Shown piece by piece: positions 36,866-46,524 of a stretch of 64,000 nucleotides of DNA. The notes below the pieces were generated by a model. That model did no database searches. It saw only the letters and a program-made list of their open reading frames with translations, and was not told the DNA's origin. This DNA comes from Candidatus Omnitrophota bacterium (GTDB lineage Bacteria; Omnitrophota; Gorgyraeia; 2-01-FULL-45-10): positions 6,067 through 70,066 of the forward strand of contig JAGVGJ010000018.1 of the NCBI GenBank assembly GCA_020057115.1. The letters are read 5' to 3'. Both the position numbers and the translations under genes were made by a program. Each line of letters starts with the position of its first letter. The first letter of the stretch is position 1.

Positions 36866-37604
36866 TTGGCTTCTTCACTTTCATGACTAATGTCGTAAGA
36901 TACGGCCCGAGGAGCGGCAGTATGAACTTCATCTCGCCGGAACCGAAACACTTCTTTATTGGCCAGGCGCCTGCGAACTTATGATCGGCATATTCAAAAC
37001 CGCTCCTCACAAGATACCGTGAAAGCGTCCTGAAATCCCACAGGAATATATGATCGAGCTGTGTACCGGTATTACGCGGTTCGGCCTTCAGGGACTCCAC
37101 GAATTTTGCCTGGTCCTTCTTGCGCCATATGAGCAGCTGGTGGAGGATGTTTATGTAAGATACGGCGTTGGGAGTAGAGACTATGAGGCATCCCCCGGGC
37201 TTCAATATCCTGCGGAACTCGTCAAGGAACTTCGCAGGCTCATGCACATGCTCTATCGTCTCCAGGAACAGGACGCAGTCAAATGAATTGTCCGTAAACG
37301 CCATCTTAAAAAGATCGCCGGATTCAAAACTGGTGCCGCTCACCTGATTGAATGTCCTGGCTATCTCTATGGCCGAAGGGAGTATGTCGATACCAAGGAC
37401 ATCTTTGCCCTTCTCCGCTAATATCCTTGAAAGCACGCCGGCATTACAACCTACATCGAGAACCTTCTCTCCGGTCAACATATCCGCTGCCGCGCGGAAC
37501 CTGGAATCGCTTCTTGCGGTGGCAAGCGCCTTCTCCATTATCGCGGCCATCTCGTCCCCAGACTGCTTCTTCCCATCGTAAATAAATTCTTTATTATTGG
37601 ACAT
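36858..37604 (-). CDS. Class I SAM-dependent methyltransferase
   Basis: VLDVGCNAG, FDCVLFLETIEHV, LKPGG..VSTPN. Likely ATG at 37604. Confidence 0.9.
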   Translation of the reverse strand: MSNNKEFIYDGKKQSGDEMAAIMEKALATARSDSRFRAAADMLTGEKVLDVGCNAGVLSRILAEKGKDVLGIDILPSAIEIARTFNQVSGTSFESGDLFKMAFTDNSFDCVLFLETIEHVHEPAKFLDEFRRILKPGGCLIVSTPNAVSYINILHQLLIWRKKDQAKFVESLKAEPRNTGTQLDHIFLWDFRTLSRYLVRSGFEYADHKFAGAWPIKKCFGSGEMKFILPLLGPYLTTLVMKVKKPNG

Positions 37605-37606
37605 GT

Positions 37607-38338
37607 TCACCTTCTTGTCGCCTTTATAACCACCGTGGCCCTTAAAAACGGGAATAATTTCGAAAAAATGGCGTCGATACATTTATCAAATGCTGTATCC
37701 CTAAAATAGAAACCGGATCTTCCGATATAAAAATGTAATGAATGGTCAAAACCGCTAACATGGAGAAGGGTGGCCAGAGTAGAAAGATCCCACGCGAACA
37801 GATGAGTGCCCCACTGGAGCGAAGGCTCATGTATCATAAGGCGGGGTTTTTTTCTCAATATGTCGCACATGATCTGACGGCCAAAGAAACGGGAATAATA
37901 TACGTTGTTCGTCGATAAAATAAGCGTGCCGCCGAGTTTTAGAACGCGGTATATCTCTTTAAGGGCCTTCACCGGATCATCCAGGTGCTCTATCACCTCA
38001 AGAAAACAGACGCAATCAAATTCATTATCCGCAAATTTCAGGTCCATGGCGCTCATGACATCAAATGAGAGATTGGAAGTATCCGGATATAGAGCCCTTG
38101 CCATTTCGATCAGGTTATCCTTATAATCTACGCCTATGACCGTTGAGGATGGATAGCACTCAGCAGCGGCATGGGAATAATTGCCTATATTGCAACCCAG
38201 GTCCAATATCTTTTTGCCGCTCAATTCCTTGACGATAGAATTGTGGACCGGCATATAGTTCCTCTTCTTGATAAAATATTTCAACTCGTCCAACGTAAAA
38301 TCCTTGTTCCCACCGCCTGCTATTCTATATTTTTTCAT
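37607..38338 (-). CDS. Class I SAM-dependent methyltransferase
   Basis: ILDLGCNIG, FDCVCFLEVIEHL, LKLGG..LSTNN. Confidence 0.9.
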   Translation of the reverse strand: MKKYRIAGGGNKDFTLDELKYFIKKRNYMPVHNSIVKELSGKKILDLGCNIGNYSHAAAECYPSSTVIGVDYKDNLIEMARALYPDTSNLSFDVMSAMDLKFADNEFDCVCFLEVIEHLDDPVKALKEIYRVLKLGGTLILSTNNVYYSRFFGRQIMCDILRKKPRLMIHEPSLQWGTHLFAWDLSTLATLLHVSGFDHSLHFYIGRSGFYFRDTAFDKCIDAIFSKLFPFLRATVVIKATRR

Positions 38339-39800
38339 CTATTGCCGCCCTTCTGGTGAGCATTGAACCGAACAACACGATCTCTTTGTCCGTAAAGCAC
38401 CCCGTAAGATACAGCGAAATGATATACAGCACAGCGCCCACAGGAACAAAGAAAAGGGCATTTACATTTTGAAATGTCCCCTTAAAAAGATAAAGGCCAA
38501 GGATCATGATAAATGCCGCTAATAATATTTTCGAGACAGTGCTTACCTCTACGGAAAACCTTACAAACCGCTGGCAGTAGATCAGGTTAAAAACGCTATA
38601 TCCCACAAAAGAAAGAAGAAGCGCCACCGCTGCCCCCATAGCCCCCATAGACGGTATGAGGAGAATATTCAGGATCGTGTTCACTATTGCCAGGACCAGG
38701 TATACACGCATGATGAGCACATTCTTATTGAATATCATATTTACATATTCTCCGATAACGCCTATCTGGAAGATGAATATCCCGAATAGAAGTATCGGCA
38801 GGTAGGCGCGCGTCACGAGGAACTCGGGCGTTGAAAATAGCGTCAGCAGCTCTTTTGAAAGGAATGAGATCCCGAAGACAAGCGGTATGCCAGCCACTAA
38901 AAAATACTTCAGAGAGTACCTGAGATATACGGCGGCTTCCCCTAATTCCGATCTATTTATACACCCCGAGAGAGTGGGAAATAATATATAGCCTATGGGA
39001 GTGGCTATTAACGTAACTACGTAGGCAAGAAAATATGCCACAGAATATTTTCCCACCTCTTTCAGGCCCAAAAAATAATTGATGAGGTAACGGTTGCTCC
39101 AGTTCAGGATAAAGAAGAGAAAGCTGGATATTACGAGCGGTATGCCGAATGCCGCATATTTTCTTAAGTCCAGGAATCTAGGGAAAGAAAAACCTATCAC
39201 GCGCGAGACCTGGAAGCTCCTTATCAGGACAAATAATATCCTGACCATCAAGAGGGCTACTACAGCTCCGAGAATTCCATACCCTTTTACCACTGCATAT
39301 GCTATAAAACCGAACTCCAGCAGGGTTTCTACCAGTACGGTCTTGAAATATGTCTTTATATAGCGGAAGGCTTTGAAATATTCCAAAAGTATAAGATTGA
39401 CGGACTCAAATACCAGCAGTACGGCAAGGGCGTTTGCCAGGACATAATATTGAGAGCTACCGAATATCCACGTCGATACGGTACGTGAAAATATGATACA
39501 GACGCATGCAACAACGGCGCTTGCCATGGCTGCGGCAAAGAGGCAGCTGAAGAGATCCTCCCTGATCCTGTCCTTTTTGCTCTCTCCGGCAAGGAACTTC
39601 ACGATCGCCTGGCCTGTGCCGAATGTAAGGAAAGGGACCAGCATCATAACCGTCACCCTGAGCTGCGTCCAGACCCCGTAATCAAGAGCCCCCAGCAGCT
39701 TTGTCAGGATGGGTATGACCATAAAGCTCTTAAAATTATTCAAGAGGTTTACGGCCCCGATCAAGCCGACATCCGAAACGAAATTTTTATATCTTTGCAT
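38325..39800 (-). CDS. wzx: Polysaccharide flippase (Wzx, MOP superfamily)
   Basis: Many TM segments, PILTKLLG..DYG, EVGKYSVA, LFP, LNILLIP..G..GAAVA. Confidence 0.88.
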   Translation of the reverse strand: MQRYKNFVSDVGLIGAVNLLNNFKSFMVIPILTKLLGALDYGVWTQLRVTVMMLVPFLTFGTGQAIVKFLAGESKKDRIREDLFSCLFAAAMASAVVACVCIIFSRTVSTWIFGSSQYYVLANALAVLLVFESVNLILLEYFKAFRYIKTYFKTVLVETLLEFGFIAYAVVKGYGILGAVVALLMVRILFVLIRSFQVSRVIGFSFPRFLDLRKYAAFGIPLVISSFLFFILNWSNRYLINYFLGLKEVGKYSVAYFLAYVVTLIATPIGYILFPTLSGCINRSELGEAAVYLRYSLKYFLVAGIPLVFGISFLSKELLTLFSTPEFLVTRAYLPILLFGIFIFQIGVIGEYVNMIFNKNVLIMRVYLVLAIVNTILNILLIPSMGAMGAAVALLLSFVGYSVFNLIYCQRFVRFSVEVSTVSKILLAAFIMILGLYLFKGTFQNVNALFFVPVGAVLYIISLYLTGCFTDKEIVLFGSMLTRRAAIDEKI

Positions 39801-39803
39801 TGT

Positions 39804-40499
39804 TCAAGATCTCTTCCTGGCTATTACGAAGAAATTCCTGCATCGCCTGACCATAATATCATTTTTCATCATCCAAAGGAGTATGTGCCATATGAACGGG
39901 ATCTTCTCCATTACCGCATTCGGCAAAAAGTACGGGAATGTGGGGAATGGATTGAAACCGTATATCTTTATATCGTATCCGTCTTTCAGCAGGTCATTCA
40001 ACATATCGTAATCCAGCCGGTTCGGCTTCTCAGTCCTGGATAGATAGAGCCTGTTGGGCGTAGTTATGACGAGCTCGCCGCCTCTTTTCAATATCCTCGT
40101 CGCTTCATTCAGGCATCTTAGTTTGTCTTCCATGACCGGGAACTCCAGCATGCCGAAAAGGACCACGGCATCCATGGAATCGCTCTTCGCCGGCAGGCTG
40201 AGCATATCGCCTTCAACAAGTTTCGCGGAATCACCGTTCAGCTCGCGGGCTATACGGACAGCGCGGGATGAATTATCAAGGCCTATCTTTAAGTTGCTGT
40301 CATCCATCTCGGAGAGGATTATGCCGATATTACAGCCGACGTCGAAAACCTTCTTGTTCTTCATGTTCCTGACATAGTAGAGCGCCACGAACCGCAGGTC
40401 GAGCCTGTCGCCCCACCATAGGTCCTTGGCGTGCGTCATCCATTTTGTCTTTACCCTCTCCCTGAAGGCCTTAAAATCTTTATGATTAATCTTTATCAT
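39804..40499 (-). CDS. Class I SAM-dependent methyltransferase
   Basis: VFDVGCNIG, GLDNS, GDMLSLP, LKRGG..ITTPN. Confidence 0.9.
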   Translation of the reverse strand: MIKINHKDFKAFRERVKTKWMTHAKDLWWGDRLDLRFVALYYVRNMKNKKVFDVGCNIGIILSEMDDSNLKIGLDNSSRAVRIARELNGDSAKLVEGDMLSLPAKSDSMDAVVLFGMLEFPVMEDKLRCLNEATRILKRGGELVITTPNRLYLSRTEKPNRLDYDMLNDLLKDGYDIKIYGFNPFPTFPYFLPNAVMEKIPFIWHILLWMMKNDIMVRRCRNFFVIARKRS

Positions 40500-41518
40500 A
40501 GCTTTTTAGAGAATACCCCGTATTCGTAATAATCACCGCCCCACTTCTCCTTGAAGAACTTTATGCCTTCTTCTTCTTTAGTCTTAGGCGACGGCGAAAC
40601 GCCCGCAAGGTCAAAGTACCTGAAGCCGCTCGTCTTGGCCCATTTGATGCACTCCCACATGAGAAGATCACCGGCAGGTATCTTGCCGTCATATGCCTCT
40701 TTTGACTGGACGGGTTTTACGATATGGACCGTCTTATTGAAGCATCTGAGCGGCATATATCCTAAGGCTCCGTCATCCCTGGCTACGGAAAATATCCTGT
40801 AGCCTCCTATCGGCGAAAGCAAATCCCACATATCGAAGAACCGCTTCTTGGGTGGGACTTCGAGCTTCTTCATCCTGCCATGCTCAAGCTCGCACCTGTA
40901 ATAATCGTCTATATCTCCGCGGTGGCATTCCTTGAACTCAAGGTCTAAGGACTCGGCCTTCCTGACAGGCGTCCTGGCAACCTTCGCTTTAAGAGAATCC
41001 CATATCGCTTCAATAGGCTTAGAGAGATCGATCATGTATGTCGCCCAGACGGCCCTCTCATAACCTCTTTTTACAAATACATCCTCAAGCGCCTGCCGCG
41101 AATCTATCATAAGAGGCAATGTCACATCGTAGATCTTCTTCGCGCCCGTTCTCCTGGCGATATTCTCCGCAGCCTCGAGCATCTCCGTCAGTATCTCAGG
41201 CTGATTTTCTTCGGAATAGAATATCGGCCCCTCGCGCCATGAGGCCGCGCAGTTAAAGCGATTTATCATGTCTTTCAAGGCGTTCTTAACGGGGCTATTG
41301 TATCTCTCCGGATACAGGCCTATCCTGTGGAATGCGAGCGACGCTATCCGCCGAGCGCCTTCGTCTTCGGCTACGATCCTGCATGGCCGAGCGCGATAAT
41401 AGCGCTCCACGAAAGAGCCATATGACACTGTCTGTTGAAGCGTCGAATAAGGCTGTCCGGACAGGTTCTCGTCCCAGCCCTCGAGAGACTTTTCATCCAA
41501 TATGCGTATCTTCATCAA
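40496..41518 (-). CDS. FemAB/FemX-like double-GNAT protein
   Basis: W...L...STLQQ, TYMIDL....IW, R..VRKA, LLMWECIKWA...G..YFDLAG, FFKEKWGG. Confidence 0.8.
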   Translation of the reverse strand: MMKIRILDEKSLEGWDENLSGQPYSTLQQTVSYGSFVERYYRARPCRIVAEDEGARRIASLAFHRIGLYPERYNSPVKNALKDMINRFNCAASWREGPIFYSEENQPEILTEMLEAAENIARRTGAKKIYDVTLPLMIDSRQALEDVFVKRGYERAVWATYMIDLSKPIEAIWDSLKAKVARTPVRKAESLDLEFKECHRGDIDDYYRCELEHGRMKKLEVPPKKRFFDMWDLLSPIGGYRIFSVARDDGALGYMPLRCFNKTVHIVKPVQSKEAYDGKIPAGDLLMWECIKWAKTSGFRYFDLAGVSPSPKTKEEEGIKFFKEKWGGDYYEYGVFSKKL

Positions 41519-43173
41519 TCCAAATAACCCAGGTTCTTGAGCCTATCCATGATCTTGGCCTGTTCATCCGGAACGGCCCTCTCATCCTTTATGGCGCCCG
41601 ACGCTTCGGAATACCTGACCTTGTTCGAGGCCCTGAACTCATCCGTGAATATCTCTTCGAGCGGCCTTCCGTCCATATCAGACGGCACCGCCAGGCCCAT
41701 TGCGTAAAGTATGGTCGGCGCGATATCCTGTATCGCCGGGATCCGCAGCTTCCCGGACCTTTTGATCGATCTTCCGCGGCTCAAGAATATGCCCTTCCTT
41801 TCATGATGTGAAAATAGCGCGTTCTCAAAGACCTGCGGCCGCCTCAATCCCCTGTTCAGGGACGGCATATATTCCACATCCAGCTCTATGACGATATCCG
41901 GCATCTCCGGAAGATATTCCCCTTTATATATCTCTTCCTTTTTCCAGGCATTCTTGATGACATGCTTTCCGCTCTTCGGATCTGTTGCGGCCTTAAGCTT
42001 AGCAATGATCTCGTCCCTTGTATCTTCGTAAGCGCCCGAAGAGACTATCCCGCCGGGTTCGCGGCCGGATAGATTTATGTATATGCCGCCGAAATTTCCG
42101 GCTATATCGATATACGGGAAGGCCGTCGTCCTGGCGAAGTCATAGATCATATCATCGCTCAAGTAGGTCTCGTCGCGCTTGGCGCCTTTCATGGGTCTCA
42201 GGAACGGCGCTAGGCGCTTCAGCCAGGGAGCATTCTCCATCGCCCATCTCATTGCGAGGAATACTGTCTTCCTGGACATGCCCGCGATCGCCGATCCGGA
42301 CGACCTGTCTATTTCGGCAAGTTCTTCTCCGAGTTTCGCGCGAAGGCCTTCTTTTATCGCTTCCCCGGACTTGAACGAGAGATATCCGGCCTCCGCCAGC
42401 CATGCGTCTATGCAGAAAGCCTTGCGGTATGTTTTGTGCCCATGGTCAGAATATATGATAACGCATGATACCTCTCCGATATTATGCATGAATTTATTGA
42501 GCGCCTTGTCCGCGCGCTCGTATAAAGGCTCTATGATGGAGAGATCCACGTTCATGAATACATGGTGCGCCTGCTCCAGCTGCTCTATGCCTATGCAAAG
42601 CAGGTCCCATTCGCGTGTCCTTGCGATATCAAGGGCTGATACCAACCTCTTCTCTACGGAGAGGGCGAGGCTCTCAATGTTCCTGCCGTCATGGCAGGCG
42701 AACTCATACTTGATGCCATCCACCACCTCCGGAGCAATCTCGGGAGGATATATCGCTTTTTTGACATCAGTCGTAAAATGGCAGCCGAGCATGATGCCGT
42801 TCATCTTTCGTACTGGATAGGTGAACGGCATGCCTATGACGATGGACCTCTTGCCGCTGTCACCCGCTATCTCCCACACGTCCCTAGACATCCTGTTATC
42901 GGCATTCACGCCGAACCAGCTGTAGCGGCCCTTGAGCCTTTTGAAGAAACCGTATAATCCCGTCTTGCCGGGATTCTTGCCTGTGTATGAACATGACCAT
43001 GCGACAGGTGTGGTCGGCGGAATGGATGATTCGAACGGGCTTGCCGAGCCTTCTTCGACCAGCTTTTTAAATGCCGGCAATTTACCCTTACCGATAAGCT
43101 CGTTAAGATAATCCCACGAAACTCCGTCGACGCCTATTATGACCACCTTATTTACATTCGTTCTTGCTGTCAT
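41515..43173 (-). CDS. AlkP-superfamily (type I phosphodiesterase / nucleotide pyrophosphatase-like) protein, Thr nucleophile position
   Basis: IGVDGV, SIPPTTPVAW..YTGKNPGKTG, SDHG, INLSGREP.G, DIAPTIL, terminal RLKNLGYL. No signal peptide apparent. Confidence 0.88.
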   Translation of the reverse strand: MTARTNVNKVVIIGVDGVSWDYLNELIGKGKLPAFKKLVEEGSASPFESSIPPTTPVAWSCSYTGKNPGKTGLYGFFKRLKGRYSWFGVNADNRMSRDVWEIAGDSGKRSIVIGMPFTYPVRKMNGIMLGCHFTTDVKKAIYPPEIAPEVVDGIKYEFACHDGRNIESLALSVEKRLVSALDIARTREWDLLCIGIEQLEQAHHVFMNVDLSIIEPLYERADKALNKFMHNIGEVSCVIIYSDHGHKTYRKAFCIDAWLAEAGYLSFKSGEAIKEGLRAKLGEELAEIDRSSGSAIAGMSRKTVFLAMRWAMENAPWLKRLAPFLRPMKGAKRDETYLSDDMIYDFARTTAFPYIDIAGNFGGIYINLSGREPGGIVSSGAYEDTRDEIIAKLKAATDPKSGKHVIKNAWKKEEIYKGEYLPEMPDIVIELDVEYMPSLNRGLRRPQVFENALFSHHERKGIFLSRGRSIKRSGKLRIPAIQDIAPTILYAMGLAVPSDMDGRPLEEIFTDEFRASNKVRYSEASGAIKDERAVPDEQAKIMDRLKNLGYLD

Positions 43174-44459
43174 GCATTACCGCCGAAGTGCGCCATTATG
43201 GCGTGAAAAGGGTCCTGTATGGCCCTTACGCCCGATATGTCCAGGTTCACTGCCGCGCAGAAGGCGTCATCAAAAGTATGCATGCCGTCCAGCGCCGTCC
43301 TTTCAAATATCTTATTGCCGCCTGCCTTAGCCTTAAGGTCATAGCCGTCGCGCGGATGGGCTATGATATCGGCCGCGCTTTCGAGACACGGCCCATCGTA
43401 TATCTCTTCTCTGAAGAATACTCTCTCGATGACCTTCTCGCCCGTCGCATCATCCTTTAACGCCATAAGTCTCGTCGTGATATCATTGCGGACCTTGTCG
43501 TAATCGCACTTTCTGACAGACCCCTTCTCCTCCCTGCCTTCAAGGTTCACGAATATCCTTCCCGGTATCAAGGAATATGCAATGCTTGCAGCATCATAAT
43601 TCTCTATCTTCTTTTCCGCGGAAGGGATGAATTTCAAAAGACCCTCTTTCTCAAGCCAGGCATTGATCTGCACCTCGCTCTTTATGCCGCAAAAACCATG
43701 GTCCGACAGTATTAAGAGCCCATCGTCGTTGGAGAGCTTCTCTTTTAACTGCCCTATAAAGCCGTCGAGCCTGGCGAAGAAACGCCTGGTAAAATCATTG
43801 TACGGCCCTTTCTCAAGGGCACTGTAAAAGAAATGGAACAGCCTGTCCGTCTCCATTATATGCAGTTGGAAAAGATCCCACGGCTCTTTATCCATGAGAT
43901 CGAACGCCACTTCAAAACGCTTTTCAAGGGCAAGCATTATCTGGTCGGCGAACTTCTCCTTCGACTCCCGCGCAAGCCAGGCGTCAACGTCTATTATATA
44001 GCCCCTGGACTTAAGATAAGCGCCAAGGCTCGAAGGATAGGCTGCCTTGTCTATGTCCGTACATAGAAAATCCGATATCAGTATGCCGTTCACCTTTTCA
44101 GGAGGATAAGTGAGCGGCACGTTTATCACTATGACCTTCTTGCCGAGCGACGACAATTCGCCCCACAAAGTCTTCGCTTTCCTGTCCCCGGCGATCGGTA
44201 TCTTTATCCTGAAAGGGTTGGGATCTCTGTCGACAAAACCGAGGATACCGTGGATGCCGGGATTCTCGCCTGTCATGTAACTGGCCCATGCGACGGACGA
44301 CACTGTAGGATATGCGGAATTGATACGCTTAAATGCGCCCTTTGAGGCTATCGACTTTAGCGAAGCGAGCTCGCCGCGCTTAAACCTTTCTTCCAGGAAT
44401 GAATGAGAGAGGCCGTCGAGCCCCAGCACAAATATACGCTTCCCGCTCCGGGCAGGCAT
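43170..44459 (-). CDS. AlkP-superfamily (type I phosphodiesterase / nucleotide pyrophosphatase-like) protein, Ser nucleophile position
   Basis: LGLDGL, YPTVSSVAW..MTGENPGIHG, DRLFH, SDHG, VNLEGRE..G, GMH. Start is ATG 44459 or TTG 44468. Confidence 0.88.
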   Translation of the reverse strand: MPARSGKRIFVLGLDGLSHSFLEERFKRGELASLKSIASKGAFKRINSAYPTVSSVAWASYMTGENPGIHGILGFVDRDPNPFRIKIPIAGDRKAKTLWGELSSLGKKVIVINVPLTYPPEKVNGILISDFLCTDIDKAAYPSSLGAYLKSRGYIIDVDAWLARESKEKFADQIMLALEKRFEVAFDLMDKEPWDLFQLHIMETDRLFHFFYSALEKGPYNDFTRRFFARLDGFIGQLKEKLSNDDGLLILSDHGFCGIKSEVQINAWLEKEGLLKFIPSAEKKIENYDAASIAYSLIPGRIFVNLEGREEKGSVRKCDYDKVRNDITTRLMALKDDATGEKVIERVFFREEIYDGPCLESAADIIAHPRDGYDLKAKAGGNKIFERTALDGMHTFDDAFCAAVNLDISGVRAIQDPFHAIMAHFGGNA

Positions 44460-44464
44460 GGATA

Positions 44465-45724
44465 TCAAACCCCGTCTTCGGCTGTGCCGGTTATTATTCC
44501 TCCGGCACAGATGTTGCCCGAGCGCGACAATACGAACCTTCCGAGGTTCTCGAGCTCGTTAAAAGAAGTAACTACGACCGGTTTTTTGGTCTTTACCGTT
44601 ATCTCGGCCGCTTCCAGATAAGAGAGGGAGTCGGAATCTTTTTCGATGACCTCGAGCGTAGATGAATTTATCCTTCGCGATATCTTTTCGATCCTGCAGC
44701 TTACCTCCTGGGTGGCGCACCTGAATGCCATCTTCTCTTCTTTGGAGAACGGCTGTTTCGACAACCAGAAGAGGTCCGCCTTGAAACGATCGACCACCAT
44801 GGGCGTTCTGCCGGTCTCGGATATTATATCTCCCCTGTCGATGAATATAGGCGTCGTGGTAGTTATGCCTATACATTCCGAAGCGGAAGCCTTCACGGGT
44901 TCCTCGAGGAACTTCTCTATGCTCTTGACATGGGTAACCTGACCGCTTGGCAATGCCTTGACTTCCTGGCCCTCGGATATCCTGCCTGATTCTATCCTGC
45001 CTGCATATATCCTTTTTTCGCCGATTTTGTATATATCCTGGATCGGAAAGACCAGCGACTTTTCGCTCTCGCTCGGGGTGGCAGGCAATGAATCGAGGGC
45101 TTCCATGATCGTGGGGCCATGATACCAGGTCATAAAACCTGATTGAGACGTTATGTTATCCCCTTTCAAGGCGACTATGGGCACGAATAACCGCGGCTTT
45201 ATATTTATGCCTGCAAGGAACTTCTCGGCCTCGACCTTTACGGAATTGAATTTCTTTTCATCGTATCCGACGAGATCCATCTTATTCAATACGGCTATGA
45301 CGTTCTTTATGCCGAGCATCGAGACGAGGTACGCGTGGCGCTTGGTCTGCTCCTGCATGCCTTCGGCAGCGTCTATGATAAGCAGCGCCGCCTCGGCCTG
45401 GGAAGCGCCGGTCATCATGTTCTTCACGAACTCGACGTGTCCCGGAGCGTCGATGATGACGTAATCCCGCTTTGAGCTCCTGAAGAAAACCTGCGTTGTA
45501 TCGATCGTGATACCCTGCTTGCGCTCTTCTTCGAGATGGTCCAAAAGATGCGCGAACTCCGTCTCCCTCCCCAGCCCCTCCGCAGCCTGGCGTATCTCGT
45601 CCAGCTTGTCCGGAGGCAGGGACTGCGTATCATACAGAAGCCTTCCTATAAAAGTCGACTTTCCGTGGTCGACGTGGCCCACTATCACGAACTTTAGTTG
45701 CTTGTTTGTCATGATTGTTTCCAT
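44465..45724 (-). CDS. cysN: Sulfate adenylyltransferase subunit 1 (GTPase), no fused APS kinase domain
   Basis: GHVDHGKST..GRLLYD, ERKQGITID, DAPGH, NMMTGAS, NKMD, GRFVL. 419 aa, adjacent to cysD. Confidence 0.92.
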   Translation of the reverse strand: METIMTNKQLKFVIVGHVDHGKSTFIGRLLYDTQSLPPDKLDEIRQAAEGLGRETEFAHLLDHLEEERKQGITIDTTQVFFRSSKRDYVIIDAPGHVEFVKNMMTGASQAEAALLIIDAAEGMQEQTKRHAYLVSMLGIKNVIAVLNKMDLVGYDEKKFNSVKVEAEKFLAGINIKPRLFVPIVALKGDNITSQSGFMTWYHGPTIMEALDSLPATPSESEKSLVFPIQDIYKIGEKRIYAGRIESGRISEGQEVKALPSGQVTHVKSIEKFLEEPVKASASECIGITTTTPIFIDRGDIISETGRTPMVVDRFKADLFWLSKQPFSKEEKMAFRCATQEVSCRIEKISRRINSSTLEVIEKDSDSLSYLEAAEITVKTKKPVVVTSFNELENLGRFVLSRSGNICAGGIITGTAEDGV

Positions 45725-46524
45725 TACATATACCCCAGGGATCTTAGTTTCTGCATCATATAAGCCGACTCTTTATCCTGCGCCCTGCCGCTACGCTCCG
45801 ATATCTTCGATACCTTCAATTCCTCAACTATCTTTTCGATCGTGTCGGCTTCCGAATCAACTGGATTACAACATGTCTCGCATCCTATGGACCGGAAGCG
45901 CTTGCCGTTCTTCGCGAAATAAAGGCTCACGATCGGTATCTTCTCTCTCTTTATATATTCCCAGATATCGAGTTCGCGCCAGCCAAGGAGCGGATGGACG
46001 CGGAAATGTTCTTCCTGTTCTGTCTTATTCTTGTACTGGTCCCATATCTCAGGCGGCTGCTCCTTATAATTCCACTCAAAATCCTCGTCGCGCGGAGAGA
46101 ATACGCGTTCTTTTGCCCTTATGCCATGTTCATCGCGGCGTATGCCGAGATAGAGCGCCTTGAATTTATATTTCGCGACTACGGCTTTCAGGGCATTGGT
46201 CTTGAGCTCCGTGCAGCACTCAAGCTTGCCTGTGTTAGGGCTCACGCCGCGGTCGATCGCGGCCTGGTTCTTATAGACGATGAGGTTTAAATCCCATTTC
46301 TTCGCGTATTCATCCCTGTAAGAATATATCTCTTTAAACTTGTAACCTGTATCCAGATGCAGCACGGGAAAAGGCATATTGCCGTAAAAGGCCTTTCTCA
46401 GAAGCCATAAAAGGGTGGTTGAATCCTTCCCTATGGACCAGAGCATGGCTATGTCCTTAAACTGCCTGTAGGCCTCTCTTATGATATATATGCTCTGATT
46501 TTCAAGGTCATTCAGATTTTTCAT
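45724..46524 (-). CDS. cysD: Sulfate adenylyltransferase subunit 2
   Basis: LENQSIYIIREA, WSIGKDS, RRDE...RAKERVFS, QPPEIW, RVHPL, RSIGC, ERSGRAQD. Confidence 0.95.
   Translation of the reverse strand: MKNLNDLENQSIYIIREAYRQFKDIAMLWSIGKDSTTLLWLLRKAFYGNMPFPVLHLDTGYKFKEIYSYRDEYAKKWDLNLIVYKNQAAIDRGVSPNTGKLECCTELKTNALKAVVAKYKFKALYLGIRRDEHGIRAKERVFSPRDEDFEWNYKEQPPEIWDQYKNKTEQEEHFRVHPLLGWRELDIWEYIKREKIPIVSLYFAKNGKRFRSIGCETCCNPVDSEADTIEKIVEELKVSKISERSGRAQDKESAYMMQKLRSLGYM

Noticed and set aside
44465-45724. EF-Tu / EF-1alpha / SelB call for the GTPase
   Set aside because: GRLLYD and NMMTGAS motifs plus coupling to cysD identify it as CysN.
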